DNA of 64,000 nt from Ignavibacterium sp. (GTDB lineage: Bacteria > Bacteroidota > Ignavibacteria > UBA10030): the NCBI GenBank assembly GCA_039961715.1, contig JABRVW010000067.1:18396-82395 (forward strand), in the 5' to 3' direction. Positions 31,001-39,318 of this stretch are shown in pieces. The notes under the pieces were generated by a model that searched no databases, was not told the DNA's origin, and saw only the letters and a list, made by a program, of their open reading frames with translations. Each line of letters opens with the position of its first letter. Positions within the stretch are counted from its first letter, which is position 1. The translations under genes were made by a program, and so were the position numbers.

Positions 31001-31145
31001 GACCAAGGACGCGGACTGTCTGCGAAGCGGTCATCGCAGCAGAAACGTGGATGAGCGGACGATGACGCAGTAGCATCGGGTGTTGGGATGCCGCTGTCGA
31101 GAAACAAAGAACGACCGTCAGGGCAACAAACCGAATCTGTCTCAT
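28086..31145 (-). CDS. T9SS cargo-type protein: immune-inhibitor-A (M6)-like domain lacking HExxH + FG-GAP/VCBS-like repeats + C-terminal sorting domain
   Basis: Start re-picked to MRQIRFVALTVVLCFSTAASQ. LLAASFGSYLGLPDLFDT...GIGQFGLMDG aligns to the M6 HEFGHxLGLPDLYD...G.G.W.LM.G region. D.D.DG repeats present (DLDRDGVLDVLV, DVSGDGKLDVIVL). The tail NWPNPV...GVYLARIEAV...IKIAVVK is a T9SS CTD. Confidence 0.75.
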   Translation of the reverse strand: MRQIRFVALTVVLCFSTAASQHPMLLRHRPLIHVSAAMTASQTVRVLGLMVEFQEDMDPRTSGTGRFLTSGPALQIDPPPHDSAYFASKLLFLANYFNKVSNGALDVQGELFPVVVTLPDSMAAYSPQGNDDVGKLAALMVDGWKAADAARPAFPFSSYDAFIVFHAGAGRDIDLVQLLGFDPAPHDIPSITINLQTLRSFLKDPLYPGVPVNGGGFHITNSMILPETETRVFALGSTPDTLQLGINGLLAASFGSYLGLPDLFDTSTGRSGIGQFGLMDGAAIFAYQGVLPPEPSAWEKILLGWSTPVTVDAGSVSLSVPAASGASAGPDTVYKIPVSATEYFLVENRSRDPLGNGQTLSLFRNGQIEVLHFGGDTAGFAFNDLSAIHGSLIDAEDFDWALPGSTLEAGYEGGGILIWHIDESDLAQKLSTNTLNADPHRRTVDLEEADGSQDIGVPYDLLEPGSGTENGWPLDFWFGGNASPVYTNEFGSSTYPDSRANSGFPTFVRVRNFSPRGPVMTVLVSQGGDLVRRVFRTTPIGGPEHVRIAVTDSGLYWAGVNGVSSVTLTGVSRTDSANGLIGLEPSVRHMAVREGVPTSLVTVSDSAITVRTIADSNGDGLFDLTTVSAFAPGEPVTAGPIIADSAGIPHAFAGTQGGNLVTIRLDDGTHHLKAIAPDRIAEVIALPSSGTPSIVALTPSALTDGTWTVPLSAPQANVLRGVRFGGSDILLVLEDPLVLSSYRYLVPGSFFRIDLQRFPLSRTLGTVRHVVPTDLDRDGVLDVLVAAESWLLAVNERGFLLDGYPVQFSTDIATEPLVADVSGDGKLDVIVLTTDGVLHALSGNGRLIRDLSLQVSGVSPSTPALFRSPTGDVRFAVSSGNGGLDVWEIARPFTDIEGQWLQERGSPEKVSASMLSASGTTPLSDVFLPRERVYNWPNPVYGQTTRIRYYTSDPARISVTIMTLAGRIVAELQGTSSGGADEELSWDVSGIDSGVYLARIEAVAGGKQEAVVIKIAVVK

Positions 31146-31177
31146 CCGAACCCGCCAGGTTCCGCGCAACTCCCCGA

Positions 31178-32290
31178 TCAGAACGGCGATTGCTCCCACG
31201 TCATCATCAAAGTGAATCGAAGCGTTTCTCCGAGGGGATGATTTCGCTCAAACGCGTCGATATAGCTGAAATCGAAGCCGTAGATATCATATCGCAATCC
31301 AGCTCCGAACGTCATAAACTTTCTGTTTCCGTATTTCGGATCCTCGTAGAAGTACCCGATCCTCATCGCGATGAGTTTCGGCGAGCCATACCAATATTCC
31401 AATCCCATGCTCGTGGTGATATCGCGAAGTTCCTCCCTGAGGGATTTGTCCACCCACGAATAGTAAACGGCCCGATAGAAAGGATCTGTCTTCCCCTTGC
31501 TGTTCCGCCGGACGAGGAGTTTGTTGAAATCGAGAATATAGGTCAGATTATTGAATTCGCTCTGAATGACGTCGACGGAGAATCCCAGACGAAAATTCAT
31601 CGGCAGAGGGTCCGCCTGCTCCTCGTCGATGTAGGTCAGGCTCGGACCAATGTTCGAAAGGTTCACACCGATCCCGACTGCATCACGGAGGGTCGTTTCG
31701 GTGAACGGGATTGTCACGTTCTGGGGCCGGTAGAGAAGCCCGATATCGAAACTGATGCCCGAGGCTGTACCGGTTCCCTTTTCCGCCTCGGTACCAAACG
31801 GTGCAAGGCGGCTGTGAATGAAGCGGGCGTTCACTCCCAGCCCGAGTTCATCCAGCACCCGCGTTGCATAACCGCCGGTGACCGCGAACTCGTATCCCTT
31901 GAAGCGGCCGATCTCTTCGGGACCCGTGGATGCCGTGCGGATGAATTCGCCAAGATTCAAATAGGTCAATCCTGCGGAGATCATGCCGTCGAACTCCGGT
32001 ACTTCATGCTTGAAGACCGTGTGAGCAATCCACAAGTCCGAAAGGCCGAACCCGGGCAGCCAGTTGGCATGGGAGATCGCAAGCTCGGTCCCCTTCTGGT
32101 AGGCATAGCCGGCTGGATTCCAGTGAATGGCCCACACATCATCGGCGAGGCCTCCTCCGCCTTCGCCCATTCCGCTTGCCCGTGAATTCGGGGCGATCAG
32201 AAGAAACGGGACCGCCGAGGTTGATACCTGGGCGACCAGCGAACCCGCCGAAACGCACAGGAGACAAAAGACAAAGCCAGGCTTCTTCAT
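31178..32290 (-). CDS. porV: T9SS outer-membrane shuttle protein PorV (PorV/PorQ family)
   Basis: Start re-picked to MKKPGFVFCLLCVSAGSLVAQ, with GAGGAAGG upstream. N-terminal SRASGMGEGG...DVWAIHWNPAG motif and a beta-barrel of about 370 aa. Lies directly downstream of porU, the arrangement known in Bacteroidota. Confidence 0.8.
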   Translation of the reverse strand: MKKPGFVFCLLCVSAGSLVAQVSTSAVPFLLIAPNSRASGMGEGGGGLADDVWAIHWNPAGYAYQKGTELAISHANWLPGFGLSDLWIAHTVFKHEVPEFDGMISAGLTYLNLGEFIRTASTGPEEIGRFKGYEFAVTGGYATRVLDELGLGVNARFIHSRLAPFGTEAEKGTGTASGISFDIGLLYRPQNVTIPFTETTLRDAVGIGVNLSNIGPSLTYIDEEQADPLPMNFRLGFSVDVIQSEFNNLTYILDFNKLLVRRNSKGKTDPFYRAVYYSWVDKSLREELRDITTSMGLEYWYGSPKLIAMRIGYFYEDPKYGNRKFMTFGAGLRYDIYGFDFSYIDAFERNHPLGETLRFTLMMTWEQSPF

Positions 32291-32361
32291 AGAACCTTCC
32301 TCAGTGCACAATCAATAAATATAGGATTAATCGACGAACTTCAAAAATCTGCCGATGACTC

Positions 32362-35300
32362 TCACCGGATCCTTGCGAGCTTCCCGATCACCTCCCGTAC
32401 CTTCGTTCTTGCAAGATCCCGCGTGACGATCTTGTAAAGATACACTCCATTGGCAATGTGATCGCCATTCTGATCGCGTCCGTCCCAGGGAACGGCAACA
32501 AATCGGTCCGTCACGGCCGGCGCGTTCAGGCGGGCGATCAGCCTCCCGGAAACCGTGTAGATTCTGATCTCCACGTCGATGGGGCTCGTGGAGCTACGCT
32601 GAAACGTGAAGGTCGTGGATCCTGAAAACGGGTTCGGAACGTTGAATGCGTTGTATACGTCGACGTCCGAGACCCCTTTAACATCAAACCAGACCGCTTC
32701 CGACGCGGCGTTGTTGTACGTATCCCACGCCGTCACTGTCAGAAGCTGTCTGCCCTCGGGGAGGCCGCTCAGCGAGTACCGAATCTCTCCGCTTTGAAAC
32801 GTGTCGAGATCGCCTTTGTAGTACTCGTTCAGTGTCAAGGACACGCCTGTACTGCCGAACGTGGCTTCAAGGCGGTGCCCCACGCCGGCCGTGGAGGTAT
32901 TGATCCCGTTCTCATCGAACAACTTCACGATCAGCTCCGGGTCGGGGGGCACGATGTCTCCTGATCGGAATGATTCGTCCCCAAGGAATACGGAGATCTG
33001 CGGCCCGGTGGTGTCCGCCGACGCAGTCGAATCACTGCCCGCGACCAGGACATTCTCGGTATATCCTGCCACGTGGCCCAAGGACCCGGCCGCGTAAAAC
33101 GCGATGCGTGCCGGCGTCGTCTCGTACGAGATATCCCGCGGGATCGGAACGATAGCCTGGAACCGGCCGTCTCTCACGCTCACCTCTCCTCTATAGAGCA
33201 GACTCCCGGTGACCTCAAACTCGAAGCCTCCCCACTCCGGCACAACGATACGACGCCGGGCATCAAACACTTCCAGCAAAGCCGTCCCTGTAAAATCCGT
33301 CCACGCCGTGCTATCGGGCCTCAGCACACTCCCCGTAACCCCTGCCTTCTGGAGGGCTTTCACCTGTACCGGCGCGTTCACCGGATTCCCGTTCAGGCTG
33401 TCGATACGACCGGAATCAAAAGGCAGATTGAGCCGCATGGTGGGGTCACCGAGGAGATGGTACTTGAGGTCATTGAGCGAGAAATGGATCTGTTTCGTCC
33501 TGAAAAAAGCATCGCCAATCCGCGGCGGACGGCCATCGGGATCCCTCCGGAAAAATTCCGTGAAGAGCGCCTTATTGAATTGTGAGTTGTCGAACGAATA
33601 AACGGCTCTCGAGGCTGTGACCACGGCGATGGCGCCGCCCTCCCTCATCACGATCATCTTCTCGCCCGCGCTGACCTCGCCGGGGAGGTCATAGCGTGCG
33701 AAGTCACAGGTCGCGGCCACAAGGAGAAACGGCCTGTCGGCGTTCCTCAGCTTCGGCAGGCTTTCTTCTCCGACGAACACCGCCTCGTGTGCCCATGATT
33801 GAGGGTTTCCGTGTCCGGTGTAGTTCAGAATCAGCGTCCCCTCGTTCATCGCACGGATGATCGCTTCATTGGCTTCAGGCTTTCTTCGCCCTGACGAGCT
33901 GTTGACCGTCGGATACTCGACGATATAGATCTTCCGCTTGTCGATCCCATCCGGCGTGTTCAACCGTGACAGCTCATCGGCCTGCATGGTGTGGAGACCT
34001 CCGTCGTCTCCGGTTGACGTGAGCCCGTCGTCGGCCACAAACGTCACCCGGTTGCGCCAGGATCCCGAGGCGGCGGACAGATCATGGGAGATGATCTTGT
34101 CAACGACTGCGCTCGCCTCCTCGACCGAAGACACGGGAAGCCTTCCCAGGGCGAGGGAAACGCGTTGGTTGCCGGCGGTGAGCCTTGCCAGCACGTCATC
34201 GCTCGCGTAGGAATTGATCTGATGAACCGATTCTGCGGACTCATACGGCGGGATTCTATTCGGTCGCGATTGGGCAATCCCCCTGTAATCGTAATGCCCG
34301 TCGCCGAACAGCAGAACGTACCTGGGAGAAGTGGTCCATTGCAGTGTCGCAAACGCCAGAAAATCCCTGATGGCGAGGGGGTCCGCCAACCCGCCCCCGA
34401 ATTCGTCCACAATGGCTTCCAGAGGAATCACCACGACTGACAACGAGTCGTTCGTTCTTCGGTGCCCGGCAAGCCGTTCGGCTTCCGCGGCAAACTCGGC
34501 CGGCGTGATGATGATGAATTCTGCACCGTCCGTATTCTCGCGAAGACCGGCATGAGTCACTTTCGTGATCTCCGCCGGGGTCTTCAAGCCTGCAGGACCT
34601 GCCGCAAGAATCATCCGCGGAGCACCGGCAGTTCCTGCCATTTGAAACGTGTATGTTCCCACACCCGAAGAGCCCCCAACCACCCTCACCACGCTGTCGT
34701 GGTCGGTGACGTCAAAGACAAAAGGTGCCCCTGACGCAAACCCCGCAAGCGTGAATTGATTGACGGTGGAAGTATCCGGCGTCGGAAACATCAGCACATC
34801 ATTGACCGCCACAAGTTTTCGTCGATAATGGATCTCGATCCAATTCACCCACCCAATCCCGGTTTGCGTCTGGAACTCGATTCGAACATTGCTCTGATTT
34901 CCGCTCAAGGCCCCCGTCCGGATGAACGAAGCAACCGGGGCGACATAGGCATAGTTGGTCTCGAGCGACGTCAAGCTCACCGGAAAAATCGTAATCGGGC
35001 TTCCCAACGTCTGGCCGGTTTCACTAATCACAAACGATTCAGTGCGGCCTGTCCTTCCCAGCACCGCGATTTTGTAGGTCACAGGGCGTGTCGCGTCGAC
35101 GCCAGGAAGCGGAATGCCGTAGGTCCGCGCGGGTGCTTCTGGGGTGAGCGGAAGACCGAACCATTCCCGTCCGGACTGGATCAGATTCACCCTGTCTTCC
35201 TCAACGAACTCCATACCTGCGACGTCTTGTACAATAGAGGGGGCCGGGTTGTTCAGGGATGCCACCGAATCCATCTCTCGTCCCGCAAGTCCTCCAAAGG

Positions 35301-35790
35301 TGAGAAAATAGACATTATGCGTCGTGTAGGGATTCACAGTGTGGGAAAACCCGGAGCCGGCGGAGTACCTCCATTCCGAAACGCCCTTTCCGAAGAACAC
35401 AATCGAGTCTTCAGGATCGAAAATTCCGTTTCCATTCAGGTCCACGATCATACGCCGCACTTCCTGGAGGCCATTCGGTCGCGGCTGTGCCGGATCTTCG
35501 GGAAGGGGCTGTCCGCCGTTTCCGAAGAGGCGGAAGGATTCGAAATTCAGAAACGCTTCCGGCATCACTCCAGCCGCCGCGAGCATTTCCCTGTCAAGTT
35601 TGTACACGCCGGTTTCATGGACGACGATCTTGTACCACTCTCCCTGACTGAACGATTGTTCTGAACGATTCTCGTTGCGGATTTGGCTGGCCGTTCTTCT
35701 TCCGCTATCGCGACCAAAGCGGAGATCGTCTCCGTTTGCGGCGAAAAGGCCCAACGGGACCAGCAAGAGAACCGTTGCACAGAGGCGCAT
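32362..35790 (-). CDS. porU: T9SS sortase PorU (peptidase C25 family)
   Basis: About 1140 aa. The ATG at 35790 gives the signal peptide MRLCATVLLLVPLGLFAANG. Gingipain-type dyad YTGHGN / AATCDF. C-terminal CTD-like sandwich (VPNPFSG...GVYLYKIV). Confidence 0.85.
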   Translation of the reverse strand: MRLCATVLLLVPLGLFAANGDDLRFGRDSGRRTASQIRNENRSEQSFSQGEWYKIVVHETGVYKLDREMLAAAGVMPEAFLNFESFRLFGNGGQPLPEDPAQPRPNGLQEVRRMIVDLNGNGIFDPEDSIVFFGKGVSEWRYSAGSGFSHTVNPYTTHNVYFLTFGGLAGREMDSVASLNNPAPSIVQDVAGMEFVEEDRVNLIQSGREWFGLPLTPEAPARTYGIPLPGVDATRPVTYKIAVLGRTGRTESFVISETGQTLGSPITIFPVSLTSLETNYAYVAPVASFIRTGALSGNQSNVRIEFQTQTGIGWVNWIEIHYRRKLVAVNDVLMFPTPDTSTVNQFTLAGFASGAPFVFDVTDHDSVVRVVGGSSGVGTYTFQMAGTAGAPRMILAAGPAGLKTPAEITKVTHAGLRENTDGAEFIIITPAEFAAEAERLAGHRRTNDSLSVVVIPLEAIVDEFGGGLADPLAIRDFLAFATLQWTTSPRYVLLFGDGHYDYRGIAQSRPNRIPPYESAESVHQINSYASDDVLARLTAGNQRVSLALGRLPVSSVEEASAVVDKIISHDLSAASGSWRNRVTFVADDGLTSTGDDGGLHTMQADELSRLNTPDGIDKRKIYIVEYPTVNSSSGRRKPEANEAIIRAMNEGTLILNYTGHGNPQSWAHEAVFVGEESLPKLRNADRPFLLVAATCDFARYDLPGEVSAGEKMIVMREGGAIAVVTASRAVYSFDNSQFNKALFTEFFRRDPDGRPPRIGDAFFRTKQIHFSLNDLKYHLLGDPTMRLNLPFDSGRIDSLNGNPVNAPVQVKALQKAGVTGSVLRPDSTAWTDFTGTALLEVFDARRRIVVPEWGGFEFEVTGSLLYRGEVSVRDGRFQAIVPIPRDISYETTPARIAFYAAGSLGHVAGYTENVLVAGSDSTASADTTGPQISVFLGDESFRSGDIVPPDPELIVKLFDENGINTSTAGVGHRLEATFGSTGVSLTLNEYYKGDLDTFQSGEIRYSLSGLPEGRQLLTVTAWDTYNNAASEAVWFDVKGVSDVDVYNAFNVPNPFSGSTTFTFQRSSTSPIDVEIRIYTVSGRLIARLNAPAVTDRFVAVPWDGRDQNGDHIANGVYLYKIVTRDLARTKVREVIGKLARIR

Positions 35791-36110
35791 AAACGAAAAA
35801 AGCCGGTGAGGGAACAATGCCCGCTCACTCGGCTTCACAATCCTTCCGACATGACAAAGGCTGTTCCCGAAAGCAACCTGAGCAAACGTGGGTGTTTGAT
35901 CAGGAACGAACCTTTACCAATGCGCGATAGGATCTTTCTTCTGTTATGAATTTGTACGCTTTACATCAATGTACGCCATAGCGTTTCGATAATCAACATG
36001 TTCGCCGGGGTCATACGGTGTGTACCTGGAACAGTCAAGATCGTCCTTGCAGTTCTGTCAAAAAAATGCTAAATTTTCTCTGTTTTTCTCACATTTTTAC
36101 TATATAAGGA

Positions 36111-37589
36111 ATGTCAAGGCCCCTGAATATTCTGTTTGTTTCCAGTGAAGTTGAGCCGTTCGCCAAGACAGGGGGGCTCGCCGACGTTTCCAGCGCTCTT
36201 CCCAAGGCCATCAAGGAATGCGGGCATGAAGTTCGGATCATGATGCCCCGCTACCGCTTCATCAGTGAGCGCAAGTTCAAGCTCCATGACATCATACGGC
36301 TCAGGGACATCCCTGTCCCGGTCGGGAACCAATCCGAGTTAGCCAACGTCAAATCTTCGTTTATCAGTAATCTGAAGGATAAGGTTCAAGTTTATTTTAT
36401 CGACAATGCCAAATATTTTGGCCGGGACGGGATTTACCAGAGTCCCGTTGGCAAGAAGGATTACCAGGACAACGATGAGCGGTTTATTTTCTTCTGCCGT
36501 GGCGTTTTGGAAACTCTGAAGCGGCTGGGTTGGCAACCGGACATCATTCACTGCAATGACTGGCAGACGGCTCTCATTCCCGCCTACATGAAGACCCTGT
36601 ATGCCTCCGATCCGTTCTTCAAGAGCATCAAGACGGTGTTTACGATCCACAACATGGCCTACCAGGGCTCTTTTCCTGCCGAATCGTTCAAGAAATCAGG
36701 CCTTCCCAAAGAGTTGTTCACTCATGAGCAGGCGGAAGCATACGGCAGGTTTAACTTCCTGAAAACCGCTCTGGCTTTCGCGGACGCCATTACCACCGTA
36801 AGCCGGAAGTACGCCGATGAGATTTGTACCTCCCCGGACCTGGGAGCGGGCCTGGATGGATTTCTGGCAACGCGACGAAAAGACCTCCACGGCATTCTGA
36901 ACGGGATTGATTATCACCAGTGGAATCCGCTGACCGACGAGCACATTTACCGGAAGTACGACGCCAAGTCGATCGAGGCGAAGGTGGACAATAAGAAGGC
37001 TCTCGCTCAGAGGTTTGGTCTCGCGTACGACGAGCGTATACCCCTGATCGGCGCGATCTCAAGGCTCGTGGAACAGAAGGGATTTGACCTCGTGCTCGAG
37101 GCAATGGATGATCTCATGAAGCTCAACGTGCAGTTTGTTCTGCTTGCCTCGGGGGAGACAAAGGTGGAAAAGAAGTTTGAGGCATTTCAAAAGAAGTACG
37201 CCGATCGCCTGGGGTTGTTTTTCGGCTTCGACGAATCCCTGGCGCACTTGATTGAGGCCGGAAGCGACATGTTTCTCATGCCGTCGCGGTACGAGCCTTG
37301 CGGACTCAACCAGATGTACAGCATGCGATACGGCACGGTGCCGATCGTCCGCGCGACCGGCGGTCTTGATGACACGGTGGAGGACCATGCGGGCAACGGG
37401 AAGGGAACGGGATTCAAATTTGAAAGATATGACGCCAGGGAGCTTGTAAAAGCTGTGCAGAGGGCGATCAAGGTGTACCAGCAACCGGACGAATGGAAGA
37501 AGTTGATGAAGAACGGTATGGCCCGTGATTTTTCATGGGTGCACTCAGCCCGGCAGTACGGCAGTCTCTACAAAGAACTGCTGAAGTGA
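36111..37589 (+). CDS. glgA: Glycogen synthase (ADP-glucose type)
   Basis: FVSSEVEPFAKTGGLADV (KTGGL motif), GT5 architecture, 492 aa. Confidence 0.95.
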   Translation: MSRPLNILFVSSEVEPFAKTGGLADVSSALPKAIKECGHEVRIMMPRYRFISERKFKLHDIIRLRDIPVPVGNQSELANVKSSFISNLKDKVQVYFIDNAKYFGRDGIYQSPVGKKDYQDNDERFIFFCRGVLETLKRLGWQPDIIHCNDWQTALIPAYMKTLYASDPFFKSIKTVFTIHNMAYQGSFPAESFKKSGLPKELFTHEQAEAYGRFNFLKTALAFADAITTVSRKYADEICTSPDLGAGLDGFLATRRKDLHGILNGIDYHQWNPLTDEHIYRKYDAKSIEAKVDNKKALAQRFGLAYDERIPLIGAISRLVEQKGFDLVLEAMDDLMKLNVQFVLLASGETKVEKKFEAFQKKYADRLGLFFGFDESLAHLIEAGSDMFLMPSRYEPCGLNQMYSMRYGTVPIVRATGGLDDTVEDHAGNGKGTGFKFERYDARELVKAVQRAIKVYQQPDEWKKLMKNGMARDFSWVHSARQYGSLYKELLK

Positions 37590-38164
37590 GCATTGAGACG
37601 ACAGCGTTGTTTCTCGACCGCGATGGTACGATCAACGTCGAAGCAGAGTACCTCTCGGATCCGGATCGCGTGGAACTGATTCCCGGGTCGGCGGAGGCGA
37701 TCCGAGAAGCGAATGAGGCCGGGATCCGGGTGATTGTCATCACGAATCAATCAGGCGTCGCCCGCGGACTCCACTCCGAAGCCGATGTTCTCGCCGTGCA
37801 CCGAAGACTTGAGGAGCTTCTTGCCGCGCACAGGGCAAGACTCGATGCCCTGTACTACTGTCCGCACCATCCCGACGTCGGTTCCCCACCGTACAGAAAA
37901 GTTTGCAATTGTCGCAAACCGAAGACAGGAATGCTCGAACAAGCGGCAAAATCACACGGCATTGATCTTGCATCATCCTTTGTGGTGGGAGATAAATGTT
38001 CCGATATTGAGGCAGGGAGAAACGCCCGATGCGGAACCGTGCTGGTGCTTACGGGATACGGGCGGACTGAGAGCGGGCTCTGCCGACCCGACCATGTGGC
38101 AGACAACCTGTATGCGGCATGGCACCATATCCGAGGCATCCTCCAGTCCCGGAAAACTAAATGA
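37586..38164 (+). CDS. gmhB: D,D-heptose 1,7-bisphosphate phosphatase-like HAD-IIIA phosphatase
   Basis: GTG at 37586 overlaps the glgA stop (GTGA). LFLDRDGTIN motif I, zinc-site-like YYCPHHPD...CNCRKP, GDKCSD motif. Confidence 0.8.
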   Translation: MSIETTALFLDRDGTINVEAEYLSDPDRVELIPGSAEAIREANEAGIRVIVITNQSGVARGLHSEADVLAVHRRLEELLAAHRARLDALYYCPHHPDVGSPPYRKVCNCRKPKTGMLEQAAKSHGIDLASSFVVGDKCSDIEAGRNARCGTVLVLTGYGRTESGLCRPDHVADNLYAAWHHIRGILQSRKTK

Positions 38165-39318
38165 AACCTTTCCCGATTCATACAACGATCCCTGCGCTTG
38201 TCGTCGGGCTGTTCATACTCGCCGGATGCGTGAATGAACCCGGCATCGTCGGATCAGGCCTGGTTCCCGGAGGCGACTTTCTCAGGACAGACAGTCTTGT
38301 CCTTCGGCCGCGGACAAGCTTCAGCGTGCTCACCGTTCCCGACACCGTGAACAGCCTGCAGACCGTTGTTGCCATCGGCAGGACACCTTTTGCAGAGGCA
38401 TGGGGTATTACGCTCTTCGAGAACTTTGGCGGCATCTATGACAGCATTGCGGTATTGACCGCCGAACTGCGACTGCAGACCTCGTTCCATCAGGGTGACT
38501 CTGCCGGACAGGTCACGCTTGCGGTCAGGAAGGCCTTGAAGACCTGGGCGGCACATTCCATCACGTATGCAGATCTTCGCGCGCCGGGCTTTTACGCGGA
38601 CCCCCCGCTTTCGACCCACGACCTGGGATCCATCGGCGACACCGTGGACATTGCCATTCCCCTTGACACGGCGCTCGTCAGCTCGTGGTTCCGCTCCGAT
38701 AGCACCAACCCGAACTACGGCATCGTCCTTGAGCCAACCAACAACACCGTGATCAAGGGATTCATCAATCCACGTCTGGTTATTACCTACATTCCCGCCG
38801 GCACCTCTGATCCGGATACGGTAACGTTTGCCTCCGCGAACGGGAATTACGGCTTTGTCCTCGGAGGCATCGACACATCTGCATTTCAAGACAGCGTTGC
38901 AGTCCATGTTCGCGCAGGAGCGGCCTCGCGCGCAATCCTCGGGTTCGACATCACCGGCCTCCCACCTCACTCCGCCATTCATCGCGCCCTGTTGGAGGTC
39001 TCAGCTGACGAGTCCCTCTTCGATCGTTCCTCCAATATGCGGGATTCCCTCATGGCGACGTTCCGCGATCAGCTTGGATTCATTCTGCAGTTTGAAGAAT
39101 TGAGCACTGCGGGGGGGAACGGGTCTGAGCGCGTGTACACGTTCAACGTCACCTCGTTCGTTCAGTTCTGGGTACAAGGCACAGGAATCCCCGAGATCGG
39201 ACTGCGCGCCGTCGCTGAGCGAAACGGGATTGAGGGCTTCGTCCTCCACGGATCGGCCGCGGCGGACTCCACACGAAGGCCGCGCCTGCGCATCCTCTAT
39301 TCTGCGACACGCCAATGA
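38161..39318 (+). CDS. Lipoprotein with two DNRLRE-like modules
   Basis: Lipobox ILAGC. Segments TAELRLQ...W..HSITY and AILGFDITGLPPHSAIHRALLEVSAD resemble DNRLRE-type domains. ATGA overlap with gmhB. Confidence 0.6.
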   Translation: MKPFPIHTTIPALVVGLFILAGCVNEPGIVGSGLVPGGDFLRTDSLVLRPRTSFSVLTVPDTVNSLQTVVAIGRTPFAEAWGITLFENFGGIYDSIAVLTAELRLQTSFHQGDSAGQVTLAVRKALKTWAAHSITYADLRAPGFYADPPLSTHDLGSIGDTVDIAIPLDTALVSSWFRSDSTNPNYGIVLEPTNNTVIKGFINPRLVITYIPAGTSDPDTVTFASANGNYGFVLGGIDTSAFQDSVAVHVRAGAASRAILGFDITGLPPHSAIHRALLEVSADESLFDRSSNMRDSLMATFRDQLGFILQFEELSTAGGNGSERVYTFNVTSFVQFWVQGTGIPEIGLRAVAERNGIEGFVLHGSAAADSTRRPRLRILYSATRQ

